Origin: an uncultured Gemmatimonadales bacterium | GTDB lineage: Bacteria; Gemmatimonadota; Gemmatimonadetes; Gemmatimonadales; GWC2-71-9 | Direction: 5' to 3' | Assembly: GCA_963795085.1 (NCBI GenBank) | Contig: CAWCFX010000006.1 | Location: 320,001-384,000, forward strand | DNA length: 64,000 nt | Shown here: one piece after another, positions 52,720-63,200 of the stretch | Layout of the letters: every line of letters starts with the position of its first letter | How positions within the stretch are numbered: position 1 is the stretch's first letter | The notes under the pieces: generated by a model | What the model was told of the DNA's origin: nothing | The model's input: only the letters and a program-made list of their open reading frames with translations | The model's database searches: none | Position numbers and translations under genes: made by a program

Positions 52720-54144
52720 ATGATCCTCAAGCGCTTCTACGATCCCAAGCTGGCCCAGGCCAGCTACCTCATCGGCTGCGGCAAGACCGGCGAATCGGTG
52801 GTGTTCGACGCCAACCGGGACGTCATGCAGTACATCCAGGCGGCCGCCGCCGAGGGGGTGCGGATCACCCACGTGACCGAGACCCACATCCATGCGGACT
52901 TCGTCTCCGGCAGCCGGGAGCTGGCCTCGCGGACCGGGGCGAAGCTGCTGCTGTCCGATCATGGCGGGGCGGACTGGTCCTACCGGTTCGCCGGGGAGGC
53001 CCATGCCCAGATGCTCCGGGACGGGGGCGAGTTTTTTGTCGGCAAGGTAAGACTCCAGGTCATCCACACGCCGGGGCATACCCCGGAGCATATCACGTTC
53101 CTGGTCACCGATACCGCCGCCGCGGACGCTCCGATCGGGGCGATCACCGGAGACTTTGTGTTCGTGGGGGATGTGGGCCGCCCCGATCTGCTCGAAAAAG
53201 CGGCCAACGTCAAAGGCACCATGGACCAGGCGGCCCGGCAACTGTTCCAGAGCCTGCAGGCCTTCAAGTCCCAGCCCGACTACCTCCAGATCTGGCCCGG
53301 CCACGGCGCCGGCTCGGCCTGCGGAAAGGGGTTGAGCGCCATCCCGCACAGCACCGTGGGCTACGAGCGGATGTTTAACTGGGCCTTTGCCGTCACCGAC
53401 GAGAGCAGGTTCGTGAAGCAGGTTCTGGAGGGCCAGCCGGAGCCACCGACTTATTTCGCCGAGATGAAACGGATCAACCGGGACGGACCCCGGCTGCTGG
53501 GCGACTTTCCCGCCCCGGCCCAGGTCCCCGCGGCCCGGCTGGCCGAGCTGCTGAAGGAGGCCGTGGTGATCGACACCCGCCCGGCCGGAGAATATGCGGC
53601 CGGCCACGTCGCGGGTACGCTCAATCTGCCGCTCAACAAGTCGTTCACCACCTGGGCCGGATGGCTGGTACCGTACGACCGCGACATCTATCTCATCGCC
53701 AAAGATGAAACCAGCCGGGAGAAGCTGGACGAAGCCATTCGCGACCTGGCCATGATCGGGCTGGACCGGGTGGCTGGTTACATGGCACCCGATGAGGTGA
53801 TGGCGTGGGCGCAGCAGAACGGCGGGCTGGCGACCATCAGGGAGGTGGCCACGGCCGAGGCGGCCCGGCTGGCCAACGGCACGGCGACGATCCTCGATGT
53901 GCGGAACGATGCGGAATGGGAAGCCGGCCATGTTCCCGGCGCGACCCACATTCCGCTGGGACATCTCGCTGCGCGGCTGGACGAACTGCCCACCAGCCGG
54001 CCCGTGGTGGTGCATTGCCAGGGCGGCGCCCGGTCGGCTATCGCCGCGAGCGTGCTCCGGGGCCACGGGTTTACCGACGTGGCCAACCTGGTGGGAGGGT
54101 TCCAGGCCTGGGAAAAGGAAGGCCTGCCTACGTCAGGCGGGTGA
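52720..54144 (+). CDS. MBL-fold hydrolase fused to two rhodanese domains (persulfide dioxygenase-like)
   Basis: THIHADF, TPGHT, GDFVFVGDVGRPDL, PGHGAGSACG, HCQGGARS. Confidence 0.92.
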   Translation: MILKRFYDPKLAQASYLIGCGKTGESVVFDANRDVMQYIQAAAAEGVRITHVTETHIHADFVSGSRELASRTGAKLLLSDHGGADWSYRFAGEAHAQMLRDGGEFFVGKVRLQVIHTPGHTPEHITFLVTDTAAADAPIGAITGDFVFVGDVGRPDLLEKAANVKGTMDQAARQLFQSLQAFKSQPDYLQIWPGHGAGSACGKGLSAIPHSTVGYERMFNWAFAVTDESRFVKQVLEGQPEPPTYFAEMKRINRDGPRLLGDFPAPAQVPAARLAELLKEAVVIDTRPAGEYAAGHVAGTLNLPLNKSFTTWAGWLVPYDRDIYLIAKDETSREKLDEAIRDLAMIGLDRVAGYMAPDEVMAWAQQNGGLATIREVATAEAARLANGTATILDVRNDAEWEAGHVPGATHIPLGHLAARLDELPTSRPVVVHCQGGARSAIAASVLRGHGFTDVANLVGGFQAWEKEGLPTSGG

Positions 54145-54994
54145 GGATCGCCGCCGCGAACCGCGCCGGCGCCTCCGCATGGTGGCGGAGAAACAGGTCG
54201 GGTTCGATCATCTCCAGCTCCATCAGCCGCACCCCGCTCGCGCCATCTACCAGGTCCACCCGCGCGTAGAGCCAGGGGAACCGCACGACCTCCAGGACGC
54301 GCTCCGCCGCGCCGAGGACCCGCGCAGGAGGCATGCCGGGGGCAGACGTCCCCCCGTACTCCTTCTGCACCCGGAAGTCCCCGCGGGCCGGCAGCTTGAG
54401 GGCGGAGTGGCTGAGCTCGCCCCCCAGAAAGACCACCGACCACTCCCCCCGGACGATGGCCTCCTCGAACTCCTGGACCAGGACCGCCCCCCGCTCCAGC
54501 ATCGCGGTGAACTGCGGCTGATCGGCCGGCGCGGATTCGGGCGTGGTCGTCCAGGTGAGAAACGCGGTGGCCGACATCGCGGGTTTCACCACCGCGCGCC
54601 GCCACCCATGCACGGCGAGCAGGTCCGGCAGGCTCGCGCGCTCGCCCCGCTCGAGCCAGGCCGTCGGCGGTGTCGCGATACCGCGGGTGGCGAGTTCCTG
54701 CAGGTAGTGCTTGTCCATGTTCCAGCGAACCAATGCCGGCGGATTCCACAGCCGGTCGCCGGCCGATTCCCGGGCGGCCAGCCAGGCCGCGAACTCGTCG
54801 GTGCGCTTGTGATAGTCCCAGGTGGAGCGTAGCACCAGGAGATCGAAGTCTCCCCACGCGACCGAAACATCGTCCCAGGCCAGCGGCTCCACGGTATGCC
54901 CGTCTCGGCGGAGCCGCCCGGCGCCGAGCCGGTCGTCCTCGGTGAGCGCGGGCATGCCGGCGTAGGTCACCAGCCCGATGCGCGCGTCAGCCAA
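54128..54994 (-). CDS. ATP-grasp protein (RimK/glutathione synthetase-like)
   Basis: RSTWDY, NMDKHYL, VVKP, DFRVQKEYGG, YARVD, MELEMIEP. Confidence 0.85.
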   Translation of the reverse strand: MADARIGLVTYAGMPALTEDDRLGAGRLRRDGHTVEPLAWDDVSVAWGDFDLLVLRSTWDYHKRTDEFAAWLAARESAGDRLWNPPALVRWNMDKHYLQELATRGIATPPTAWLERGERASLPDLLAVHGWRRAVVKPAMSATAFLTWTTTPESAPADQPQFTAMLERGAVLVQEFEEAIVRGEWSVVFLGGELSHSALKLPARGDFRVQKEYGGTSAPGMPPARVLGAAERVLEVVRFPWLYARVDLVDGASGVRLMELEMIEPDLFLRHHAEAPARFAAAILTRLT

Positions 54995-56351
54995 TCCAGA
55001 CGCTCTTGATGTTGACGAATTCGCGGATCCCGAACTCGGACAACTCCCGGCCGTAACCGGACCGCTTGATCCCGCCGAAGGGCAGCCGGGGATCGGACTT
55101 TACCTGGCCGTTGACGTGGACCGCGCCCGCTTCGATGTCCGCCGCCAGCCGCTCGGCCCGGTCCCGGTCTTCCGTCCAGAGCGAACAGCCCAGCCCGAAG
55201 CTGGAAGTGTTGGCCAGCCGGATCGCGTCGGCCTCATCCCGGGCCCGGGTCACCGCGGCGACGGGCCCGAAGGTTTCTTCGTCAAACGCGGTATTCCCCG
55301 GCCCGGTACCCACCAGGATGGTGGGCGGGTAGAAGGCGCCTTTCCCCTCCGGCAACCTCCCACCCAGCGTCAGCGAGGCACCCTCGTTCACCGCGGCCTC
55401 GACCTGCCGGTGCAGGTCGTCCCGGAGGTCGGTACGGGCCTGGGGACCCACGGCCATGCCGCGGTCCAGCGGGTCGCCCATGGTCCGGGTCGCCATTTCC
55501 CGGTGGAACATCTCCAGGAACCGGTCGAAGACCGGCGCCACGGCGATGAACCGCTTGGCGGCGATGCAGCTCTGCCCGCTGTTGACCAGCCGGGCATCGG
55601 CGGCGACCCGGGCCGCCCGCTCCAGGTCGGCGTCCTCGAGCACGATGAACGCGTCGCTTCCGCCTAGTTCAAGGACCGTCTTCTTGAGGTGGCGGCCGGC
55701 CTGCTCTGCGACCTTGATCCCCGCCTGCTCGCTCCCGGTAAGCGTCGCGGCCACGATCCGGGGATCGGCAATGATCCCGGCAACGGCGCCGCTCCCGACA
55801 AGGAGGGTCTGGAACACTCCCCCGGGAAACCCCGCCCGGCGGAACACCTCTTCAATGTCCAGCGCGCACCGGGGTACGTTGGAGGCGTGCTTCAGGATGC
55901 CGGTGTTGCCCGCCATGAGCGCGGGCGCCGCGAAGCGGAGCACTTGCCAGAAGGGAAAGTTCCAGGGCATGACGGCGAGGATGGGGCCCAGCGGATCGAA
56001 CCGGACAAAGCTCCTGGCCGCGTCGGTGTCCTTCACCTGGGGCGCGAGGAACGCTCCGGCTTGATCGGCGTAGTAGTCGCAGACCCAGGCGCACTTCTCC
56101 GCCTCGGCTTCGCCCTGGGCGATGGGCTTCCCCATTTCCAGCGCCATGGTGCGGCCGAAACGGGCCTTGTCCTCCCGGAGGACCGCGGCAGCCTTCCGCA
56201 TCAGGTCGGCTCGGCGGGGCATGCCGGTCCGGCGCCATTCCTGGTACGCCGCCTGGGACCGGGCCAGGGCGGCCTCGATATCGGCGGGGCTGGCCTCGGG
56301 AAACTCCTCGATCAATTCGCCGTTGGCGGGGTTCGTCGATGTAATGGCCAT
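54987..56351 (-). CDS. NAD-dependent succinate-semialdehyde dehydrogenase (aldehyde dehydrogenase family)
   Basis: PWNFP, LELGGSD, GQSC, EETFGP, PFGGIKRSGYGRE. Confidence 0.92.
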   Translation of the reverse strand: MAITSTNPANGELIEEFPEASPADIEAALARSQAAYQEWRRTGMPRRADLMRKAAAVLREDKARFGRTMALEMGKPIAQGEAEAEKCAWVCDYYADQAGAFLAPQVKDTDAARSFVRFDPLGPILAVMPWNFPFWQVLRFAAPALMAGNTGILKHASNVPRCALDIEEVFRRAGFPGGVFQTLLVGSGAVAGIIADPRIVAATLTGSEQAGIKVAEQAGRHLKKTVLELGGSDAFIVLEDADLERAARVAADARLVNSGQSCIAAKRFIAVAPVFDRFLEMFHREMATRTMGDPLDRGMAVGPQARTDLRDDLHRQVEAAVNEGASLTLGGRLPEGKGAFYPPTILVGTGPGNTAFDEETFGPVAAVTRARDEADAIRLANTSSFGLGCSLWTEDRDRAERLAADIEAGAVHVNGQVKSDPRLPFGGIKRSGYGRELSEFGIREFVNIKSVWIG

Positions 56352-56356
56352 GGGCG

Positions 56357-56680
56357 TCAGCTGTGTTGATCGCGCAGTCGCCCGAGAGTACTGTCGATCA
56401 AGCGGGTCAGCTTGTCCGCGGCGCCATCGACCGCCTGGCCCGTGGTCGCAGCCTGGTGGGTGACCGCGACCGGTTGCCGGCCCTGGAGACGTGCTTCCAT
56501 CATGCAACGGATGTCCTCGGTGCCACTCTTCTCGCTGCTGTTCTCATCGCTCAGGTGCACTTCCACCCGCGTGATCTGATCGCTGAACCGGCTCAACACG
56601 CTCTCCACGGTGGCGCCGACCTCGGCGACGAGCGTTGCATGGCCTTCGATATTGTGATCGGTATTGACCTGGATCTGCAT
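56357..56680 (-). CDS. HPF/RaiA family ribosome-associated protein (short form)
   Basis: MQIQVNTD, ITRVEVHLSDEN, CMMEARL. Confidence 0.88.
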   Translation of the reverse strand: MQIQVNTDHNIEGHATLVAEVGATVESVLSRFSDQITRVEVHLSDENSSEKSGTEDIRCMMEARLQGRQPVAVTHQAATTGQAVDGAADKLTRLIDSTLGRLRDQHS

Positions 56681-56818
56681 ATTGGTCTCTGGTTGTGAGA
56701 ATGAGGACTCACTGCCCCCAAGTGGCCACGTCGATGGCCATGGCTGGAAATGACAACCGAAACGTCAGCCATGCAAGGCTGCGTTACACGTGCGGGCTGG
56801 ATGGTCCATCCGCCGGGG

Positions 56819-57283
56819 CTAGCGAGCCTGTTCTCCCCCCGACTCCAGGGCCTGGATCAGCGCTTTCATCTCCCCGATTTCCCGGACCTGGGCTGCCACG
56901 ATGTCATCGGCCAGTTTCCGGACCCGCGGGTCGGAGATATGGGCGCGGGTACTGGTCAGGATCGCGATCGAGTGGTGGGGAATCATCGCTTTCATGTACG
57001 AGACGTCTTCCACCGTCTCCTGGCCGCGCACCAGCCAGAGCGCCAGGAAGAATACGAGCGCGCTGCCGGCGATAATGCCGGTATTTATCCGCCGGTCGGT
57101 GTACATCTTCAGCATGAACAGCAGCATGACCGCCGCCATGACCGCGCCCATCAGGAGCGCCATGTAGGCCCGGGTCTCGCTGAAGAAGATATGGTCCGCG
57201 GAGTACGTGTTGAGGTACATCAGGAGAAACATGATGCCGGTGGCGGTGGCGATCATGGCAAAGAAGCGTGGATAGGGCTTCAT
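56819..57283 (-). CDS. DUF305 (CopM-like) membrane protein
   Basis: MIPHHSIAI...QVREIGEM; three Met-rich TM helices. Confidence 0.85.
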   Translation of the reverse strand: MKPYPRFFAMIATATGIMFLLMYLNTYSADHIFFSETRAYMALLMGAVMAAVMLLFMLKMYTDRRINTGIIAGSALVFFLALWLVRGQETVEDVSYMKAMIPHHSIAILTSTRAHISDPRVRKLADDIVAAQVREIGEMKALIQALESGGEQAR

Positions 57284-57455
57284 CGGACATCCTCTCTCGA
57301 AAAGAAGCTTGGCACGGGAGTGATGGTCCACGGCACTGCCGCGCGACGACGGAGCCGCTGGACCGGAATGGCTCCGAAGGGTTCCATCATGCTCAATGGG
57401 GATATCAGAGTCTGTGCCCCGGGGCACACCGCGGCGTGATTTCTGGACCCGGGTA

Positions 57456-58421
57456 CTACCCCACGCGGCCGCCAGGGACGTCAGGGATCCCGGTCGCGCC
57501 GATGCCCTTCCGGCGGAGTTGACCCAGTCCCTTCATGCCGGTGAGCGCGATCCCGATGGCCAGGACCGGCAGGACCTGGACGGCCTGGAGGGCCAGCCCG
57601 GCTGCCAGCGCGGAGGAGAGTGGAATGCCGAACTGTTCCATCACCAGGATCATCGAGCCCTGGAGTACCCCGACATTGCCGGGGGTGAGGCGAAGGAGTC
57701 CCGCGGCGTTGGCCGCGACGAGGGCGCTCAGCGAAATCGAGATATCGACCGGGATATGGGTCGCCGCGATGGTCCAGTGGAATGCCGCCCACTGCAGGAG
57801 CCAGTTGAGGCAGGCCAGCGCGACCGCGGCCACCATCCCGAAGCGATCGGTCGAGGCCACCATTTCGATCAGGGGGCCGCGCCAGCGGCCCAGGTTCCGG
57901 GAGCGAATGCGGTCCCAGGGCAGTCGCCGGTACCCGAGAAACACGGCACCGGTCGCCAGGCCGAGGCCGAGACCGATGAGACTGGCGGCGGGAAACGGCG
58001 GCGCGACGATCAGGGCCGCCGCCAGGAAAACAAACAGCGAGACAATCTCCACGAACCGGGCCAGAATCAGGGACCCGCCCGCCGCGGCCATCGGGACCTC
58101 GTCCCGCACCGCCACCATTTTCGCGCGCGCCACGTCCCCGCTGACGGATACCGAAATGCAGGACAGGGCGGCGCCGACGAAGGTGGCGAATTGGACCGTG
58201 ACCAACCGGACCGGCGCCAGCCGCCGCAGGAACACGTGCCACTCGGCGCCCTTGATTGCCAGGGAGACGAGGTGGGCCAGCGCCGCGGCGGCGAGGAGCA
58301 GCCAGTTCGAGGTTTCCAGGGCGGCCAGCGTCGCGGCCCAGGGAAAACCTATTCCGAAATGGATGGCGAACCCAAGGGCAGCCAGTACCAGGCCCGCCAG
58401 TGCCCAGCGGCGCCAGCTCAC
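57456..58421 (-). CDS. Lysylphosphatidylglycerol synthase TM (flippase-like, UPF0104) protein
   Basis: GDVAR and TPGNVGV motifs; about 8 TM helices. Confidence 0.82.
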   Translation of the reverse strand: MSWRRWALAGLVLAALGFAIHFGIGFPWAATLAALETSNWLLLAAAALAHLVSLAIKGAEWHVFLRRLAPVRLVTVQFATFVGAALSCISVSVSGDVARAKMVAVRDEVPMAAAGGSLILARFVEIVSLFVFLAAALIVAPPFPAASLIGLGLGLATGAVFLGYRRLPWDRIRSRNLGRWRGPLIEMVASTDRFGMVAAVALACLNWLLQWAAFHWTIAATHIPVDISISLSALVAANAAGLLRLTPGNVGVLQGSMILVMEQFGIPLSSALAAGLALQAVQVLPVLAIGIALTGMKGLGQLRRKGIGATGIPDVPGGRVG

Positions 58422-58486
58422 CGGGTCGAACGCAGTATGGAGATAAGCACCCGGGCAAGATAATCTCGCTCGCCCGGAGCCCGCGT

Positions 58487-59794
58487 CTAGTGTTTCATCG
58501 TGGACTCCGCCGGCATCACCCGGAGGTAGAGCGCCAGGCCGGCGGGGGTGCGGGTTCCGTAGGCCGCTTCCAGGGCGGCGGGGATCCGGCTCACCCCGAC
58601 TCTGCCCCCAAGCCCGAAGCTGGCCTGCCCAATCCGTCCGATCTCGCGGAGCATGCCCGCAGAAATGCTGTAGATGTCAAAGCCGTCCGCTCCGGCGCCG
58701 GCGACCTGGAGATCCTCGGCATCCTTCTGTACGAAGCTGGCCCGGCCGAAGATGTTGTACTTCCCGGTGTGGAGGTTGGCCTCGAGCACGGCGCTGTGCT
58801 CGAAGGCGTCCTCACCCGCGTGCCGGTTGGCGCCGTAGATGAGGGATGCCGAGAGATGGCCGGTCCGGGTCGGCTTGACGTGCATGATGGACGCGCCGAT
58901 CCGGTCCTGGGAGACGTCGGGCTCCAGTTCCTCGGGTGACTTGAGAAACCCGTACGAGGCGCTCATCGCCCAGGTGGACGACGGGTTGACCGTCAGCCGG
59001 CCGCCGTAGGAGTCCAGGGGGCGAAAGTCGAAATTGGTGCGTTCTTCGTCCGGCTCCCGGCCGTTGAATACGGTGCCTTCCAGCTTCCAGGTCCGGGTGA
59101 AGACCCCGGCCGTCACGACGCCGAAGGTGATGTGGGTGGCATCCTGCCAGTGGTGCGCCAGGGTGGCCAGCGGGTCCCCTTCCGCGGAGGCGCGGTGCAT
59201 GAACGCGACCGGGCCGATCGCCGGCTCGCCCACCGGCGCCAGGTAGAGCGAGACTCCGAGGTGCTTCGACACCGGCCTTTCGTACATGGCGGCGATTTCC
59301 ATGAACAGATCGTGGGGATGCTGGCGGTCCACCAGCGGGCGCCCCCGGTAGGCTTCGCCGGACTGCAGCAGCAGGGGATAGCCGCTCCCGCCCAGGGTGT
59401 AGGGTTCCAGGCTGAGCATGCCGTGGAGATGCAGCAGCCCGCCGCCCAGCGGGCGCATCGCCATGACCATGCCCCAGTTGGTGCTGCCGACCTGGGTGTC
59501 ACCGCGGGGCCCGCCCTGGTGATTGTAGATCAGGAAGGCCTGCCCGTGGACCATCATGCTCCATTGCCCGGCCATCCAGTGCCAGGCGTTCATCGGCGAG
59601 GCATCGGGGAGCCAGCTGGTGCCGGACCCCATGCGGGTATGGGGAATGCCGAGGGGCCCGTCCAGGCCGGGCATCGGGGTGGCGGTCTCGCCCGCCATGT
59701 TGTGTTGTTCATGCTGCGCCCGCAGGGAGCCGGGCAGACCTCCCAGGAGCAGCAACAGCGCCGCCATGCGGGCGGGCGTTGGTGAGATTTTCAC
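58487..59794 (-). CDS. Uncharacterised His/Met-rich outer-membrane beta-barrel-like protein
   Basis: Signal peptide, QHEQHNM, GSGTSWLP, DRQHPHDLFME, HHWQDATH; GTG start with GGAGG. Confidence 0.75.
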   Translation of the reverse strand: MKISPTPARMAALLLLLGGLPGSLRAQHEQHNMAGETATPMPGLDGPLGIPHTRMGSGTSWLPDASPMNAWHWMAGQWSMMVHGQAFLIYNHQGGPRGDTQVGSTNWGMVMAMRPLGGGLLHLHGMLSLEPYTLGGSGYPLLLQSGEAYRGRPLVDRQHPHDLFMEIAAMYERPVSKHLGVSLYLAPVGEPAIGPVAFMHRASAEGDPLATLAHHWQDATHITFGVVTAGVFTRTWKLEGTVFNGREPDEERTNFDFRPLDSYGGRLTVNPSSTWAMSASYGFLKSPEELEPDVSQDRIGASIMHVKPTRTGHLSASLIYGANRHAGEDAFEHSAVLEANLHTGKYNIFGRASFVQKDAEDLQVAGAGADGFDIYSISAGMLREIGRIGQASFGLGGRVGVSRIPAALEAAYGTRTPAGLALYLRVMPAESTMKH

Positions 59795-59796
59795 AG

Positions 59797-59848
59797 GACC
59801 CTCCAGACCGAAGTTGAACGAAGAACGCGAGGCTCGATCAGGAGAGTC
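59797..59848 (-). promoter_or_regulatory. SD-sequestering stem-loop overlapping the leader ORF stop
   Basis: GACTCTCC-T-GATCGAG pairs with TTCGGTC-T-GGAGGGTC. Confidence 0.65.
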
Positions 59849-60173
59849 GTTGAGGTGGCGGCGAGAGTGGCGGGATATGGTGGGATATCAGCACCCGGAC
59901 CGGTGTGGCAATCCGGGCTGGCCCCGGCAGGGCTGCCGGGGCCGGCGTCGCAGCACCGACGGCGGGGGAGTGCGCGAGACATCCGGCATGGCCGGCGCAT
60001 TCCACCGGCGGACAGTGCTGGCAGTCATCCGGAGCCGGGGCCACCATGCCCTGGCCGGCGCCGGAGTCCGAATGCCCCGAATGGGGCGATGCCGCCTGGA
60101 CACAATGGTCGGCGGCCGCAGCCGGCAAGGGCGGCCACGAAAGGAGGCTCAGCAGGAGCATGACCAGCTTCAT
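59838..60173 (-). CDS. Secreted Cys/His-rich leader protein with polyproline C-terminus (CutF/CruR/DUF2946-like)
   Basis: Signal peptide, CQHCPPVECAGHAGC, ends PPLSPPPQRLS; ATGA overlap with csoR. Confidence 0.7.
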   Translation of the reverse strand: MKLVMLLLSLLSWPPLPAAAADHCVQAASPHSGHSDSGAGQGMVAPAPDDCQHCPPVECAGHAGCLAHSPAVGAATPAPAALPGPARIATPVRVLISHHIPPLSPPPQRLS

Positions 60174-60478
60174 CGGGTGTTCTTGTACATCAGGTCCACC
60201 AGCTCGTCATACATCGACTCGGCTTCCTCGTTCCCGACCCGGATGGCCGAGGTGGCGCAGTGCTTGAGATGGTTGCGCAACAACTCCCGGCCGACCGCCC
60301 GGAGCGCTTCCTGGACCGAGCTGATCTGGGTCAGGATGTCGGCGCAGTAGCGGTCCTCCTCTACCATCTTTTGCAGCCCCCGGACCTGGCCTTCGATCCG
60401 GCGCAGCCGCTTCAGATTCCGGTCGCGGAGATCTGGTTCAACGGCGACGGCATGGCGGGGTTCAGGGGTGCTTTTCAT
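60170..60478 (-). CDS. csoR: CsoR family metal-sensing repressor
   Basis: RLRRIEGQVRG, RYCADIL, HLKHC (C-H-C Cu(I) ligand pattern). Confidence 0.93.
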   Translation of the reverse strand: MKSTPEPRHAVAVEPDLRDRNLKRLRRIEGQVRGLQKMVEEDRYCADILTQISSVQEALRAVGRELLRNHLKHCATSAIRVGNEEAESMYDELVDLMYKNTR

Positions 60479-60584
60479 GCAACGCCTCCTGGTGCCCATC
60501 AGGAGCGACGGGCGTTGGTAGTGTCCTTGTTCCTCGTTCCGAGGCGCCTGCCCCACCCACCCGGTTTGCGCCCATCTCCATCTC

Positions 60585-60826
60585 GGCGCCTCGAACTTCG
60601 ACGTCCGACGGCGCCTGACGCTCGCACCCGGTTGTGCGCGCGTATCCACCGCGTCGCCTCAACTCTCCGAGGCGCATTAACGCAGAGGGCGCCGGGGAAA
60701 ATCACGAGATCGCAAGGCTACAAAATCATCTTCTGCCATTCTGCGATCTCTCAGTCGGTTCAGCGCTCTCGGCGTTAAGGCGCCTCGGACTTCGACGGTC
60801 CGGTGGTGCCTGACGCACGCACCCCG
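60585..60826. repeat. REP/BIME-like mosaic: two ~47-nt palindromic direct repeats flanking a ~100-nt inverted repeat
   Basis: Copies at 60585-60630 and 60779-60825; TTAACGC...GCGTTAA at 60677-60778. Confidence 0.7.
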
Positions 60827-60836
60827 AAGAAAAGCA

Positions 60837-63200
60837 TCAAGCCTGGCTCGCCTTCAACCGCCGCAACCGCAGGCTGTTCCCCACCACGCTGACGCTGCTG
60901 AACGCCATTGCGGCGCTGGCCAGAATGGGACTCAGCAGCAGCCCGAACGCAGGGTAGAGGATACCGGCGGCCACCGGGATCCCCACCACGTTGTAGATGA
61001 AGGCCCAGAACAGGTTCTGCTTCATGGTCCGCATGCTGCGCCGGGACAAGTGAATGGCCCGGACCACGCCGGCCACGTCCGGCCGCATCAGGGTGATGTC
61101 GCTCGCCTCCCGCGCGACGTCCGTCCCGCTGCCCATGGCGATCCCCACGTCCGCCTGGGCCAGCGCGGGCCCATCGTTGATACCGTCGCCCACCATCGCC
61201 ACGACCTCGCCCCGCTCCTGGCGACGCTTGATCTCGGCGACTTTGCCCTCCGGCGTGACCCCGGCCACGACCTGCTCCACTCCGGCTTCCCGGGCGATGG
61301 CGCGGGCCGTTCGCTCGTTGTCTCCGGTGACGATGAGGGTCTTGAGCCCGAGCTGCTGGAGGCGGGCAATGGCCTCCCGGCTACCCGGCTTGATGGGGTC
61401 CGCCACCGCGATGAGCGCGGCCAGCGACCCGTTCAGATTGACGTACATGGGAGTCTTCCCCTCATCCGCCAGCCGTTCCCAGTCCGCCCGTGCCTCCTCC
61501 ACGGCGACGCCGTATTCGGCCATCAGGCCGGCGTTTCCCACCGCCATGGCCACACCGGACACGATGCCGGTGGCTCCCTGCCCGGTGACCGAGTTGAAGT
61601 TCTCCGGTTCCGCCAGCGGCAGGCTCCGCTTCTCAGCCTCCGCCACGACGGCGGACGCAAGCGGGTGCTCGGAACGGGATTCCAGCGAGGCGACCAGCTC
61701 GAGCACCCGGTTCTCGGTCCACGCCGCACCACGCACCAGGATATCGGTGACGGCAGGTTTCCCCTCGGTCACCGTCCCGGTCTTGTCCAGCACGACCGTG
61801 GTCAGGGAACCGGCCCGCTGCAGGGCCTCGCCGCCCTTGATCAGGATGCCCCACTGGGCGCCCTTGCCGGTCGCCACCATGACCGCGGTGGGAACGGCCA
61901 GGCCCATCGCGCAGGGACAGGCGATGATGAGTACCGCCACGGCCGCCGCGAACCCGCGCACCAGCGGCGCTGTGGGGTCGAGCAGGTACCACGCGACGAA
62001 CGTCGCGATGGCGATCGAAATCACCACCGGCACGAACACCGCGCTGATCCGGTCGGCCAGGCCCTGGATCGGGGCCCGGCTGCCCTGGGCTTCCCGCATC
62101 AGCTTCACGATCCGCTGGATGGTGCTGTCGGCGCCGAGGGCGACGACCCGGACCTGGAGCGCCCCGGTGCTGTTCATGGTTCCACCCGCGACCCGGTCGC
62201 CCGGACCCTTGGCCACCGGCATGGACTCCCCGCTCAGCATGCTCTCGTCCACGGCGCTGCCGCCGGTGGTCACCTCGCCGTCCACCGGGACCCGTTCACC
62301 CGGGCGGATCACCACCACGTCCTCCAGGCGGACCTCGTCGATCGGCAGATCGCGCTCCTGCCCGTCCCGGATCACCCGGGCCGTCCCCGGCTGCAGCGCG
62401 ATCAGGCCGCGCAGCGCCACCGAGGTCTGCCGCTTGGCCCGGGCTTCCATCGCGTTGCCCACCAGGATGAGGCCGATAATGATCACGATGGCCTCGTAGT
62501 ACACGTCCGGCGGCACCCCATGGGAGAGAAAGAACCCGGGGAAAAAGGTGGCGGCCAGGGAGAAGACAAAGGCCGCCCCGGTTCCCACCGCGATCAGCGT
62601 GTTCATGTCGGCGGCATGATGGCGGAAGGCGTTCCAAGCACGAGTGTAGAAATGCCGGCCGGCCCAGCCCATGATGACCAGCGTGATCGTAAGCAGGACC
62701 CCCAGGAGGACGCTGCGATCCAGCGCGTAGAGCCAGGGAAGGGCCCGCTCCAGCGGTGGAGTCAGGCTGTGCATGGCCCACCGCATGAAGGGGTCGCTGG
62801 TGGCGGCACCGTGCTCGCCGCCCGCCATGAGCGGCATGGAGAAGAGCATGGCGATGGCTGCCGCCACCAGGCTCACCACCGCCTTCAGCCGGTATTCCCG
62901 GAACTCCTCCTGCTGCGCCAGGTCGTGCGCCTCCTGGTCCTCCACCGCGGTCCGGCCTTCGACCGGCAGCTCGGCACCATACCCGGTGGCCTTCACCGCC
63001 TCTACCAGCCGGTCAGGCGAGGTCGTCTCGGGATCAAAGGTGATGGTGGCGTTGGAGGTCATCAGGTTGACCGTCGCGTCCGCGACCCCGGGCGTGCGGA
63101 CCAGCGCCTGCTGCACGTGAGCCTGGCACCCGGCGCAGGTCATCCCGCTGACGGGGAGCGTCACCGTAGCCGGCGGTTTCTTCGTCTCAGTTGGCATCAT
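60837..63200 (-). CDS. copA: Copper-translocating P1B-type ATPase
   Basis: GMTCAGC HMA domain, CPC, DKTGT, SEHP, GDGIND, YN and MAFSS motifs. Confidence 0.96.
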   Translation of the reverse strand: MMPTETKKPPATVTLPVSGMTCAGCQAHVQQALVRTPGVADATVNLMTSNATITFDPETTSPDRLVEAVKATGYGAELPVEGRTAVEDQEAHDLAQQEEFREYRLKAVVSLVAAAIAMLFSMPLMAGGEHGAATSDPFMRWAMHSLTPPLERALPWLYALDRSVLLGVLLTITLVIMGWAGRHFYTRAWNAFRHHAADMNTLIAVGTGAAFVFSLAATFFPGFFLSHGVPPDVYYEAIVIIIGLILVGNAMEARAKRQTSVALRGLIALQPGTARVIRDGQERDLPIDEVRLEDVVVIRPGERVPVDGEVTTGGSAVDESMLSGESMPVAKGPGDRVAGGTMNSTGALQVRVVALGADSTIQRIVKLMREAQGSRAPIQGLADRISAVFVPVVISIAIATFVAWYLLDPTAPLVRGFAAAVAVLIIACPCAMGLAVPTAVMVATGKGAQWGILIKGGEALQRAGSLTTVVLDKTGTVTEGKPAVTDILVRGAAWTENRVLELVASLESRSEHPLASAVVAEAEKRSLPLAEPENFNSVTGQGATGIVSGVAMAVGNAGLMAEYGVAVEEARADWERLADEGKTPMYVNLNGSLAALIAVADPIKPGSREAIARLQQLGLKTLIVTGDNERTARAIAREAGVEQVVAGVTPEGKVAEIKRRQERGEVVAMVGDGINDGPALAQADVGIAMGSGTDVAREASDITLMRPDVAGVVRAIHLSRRSMRTMKQNLFWAFIYNVVGIPVAAGILYPAFGLLLSPILASAAMAFSSVSVVGNSLRLRRLKASQA

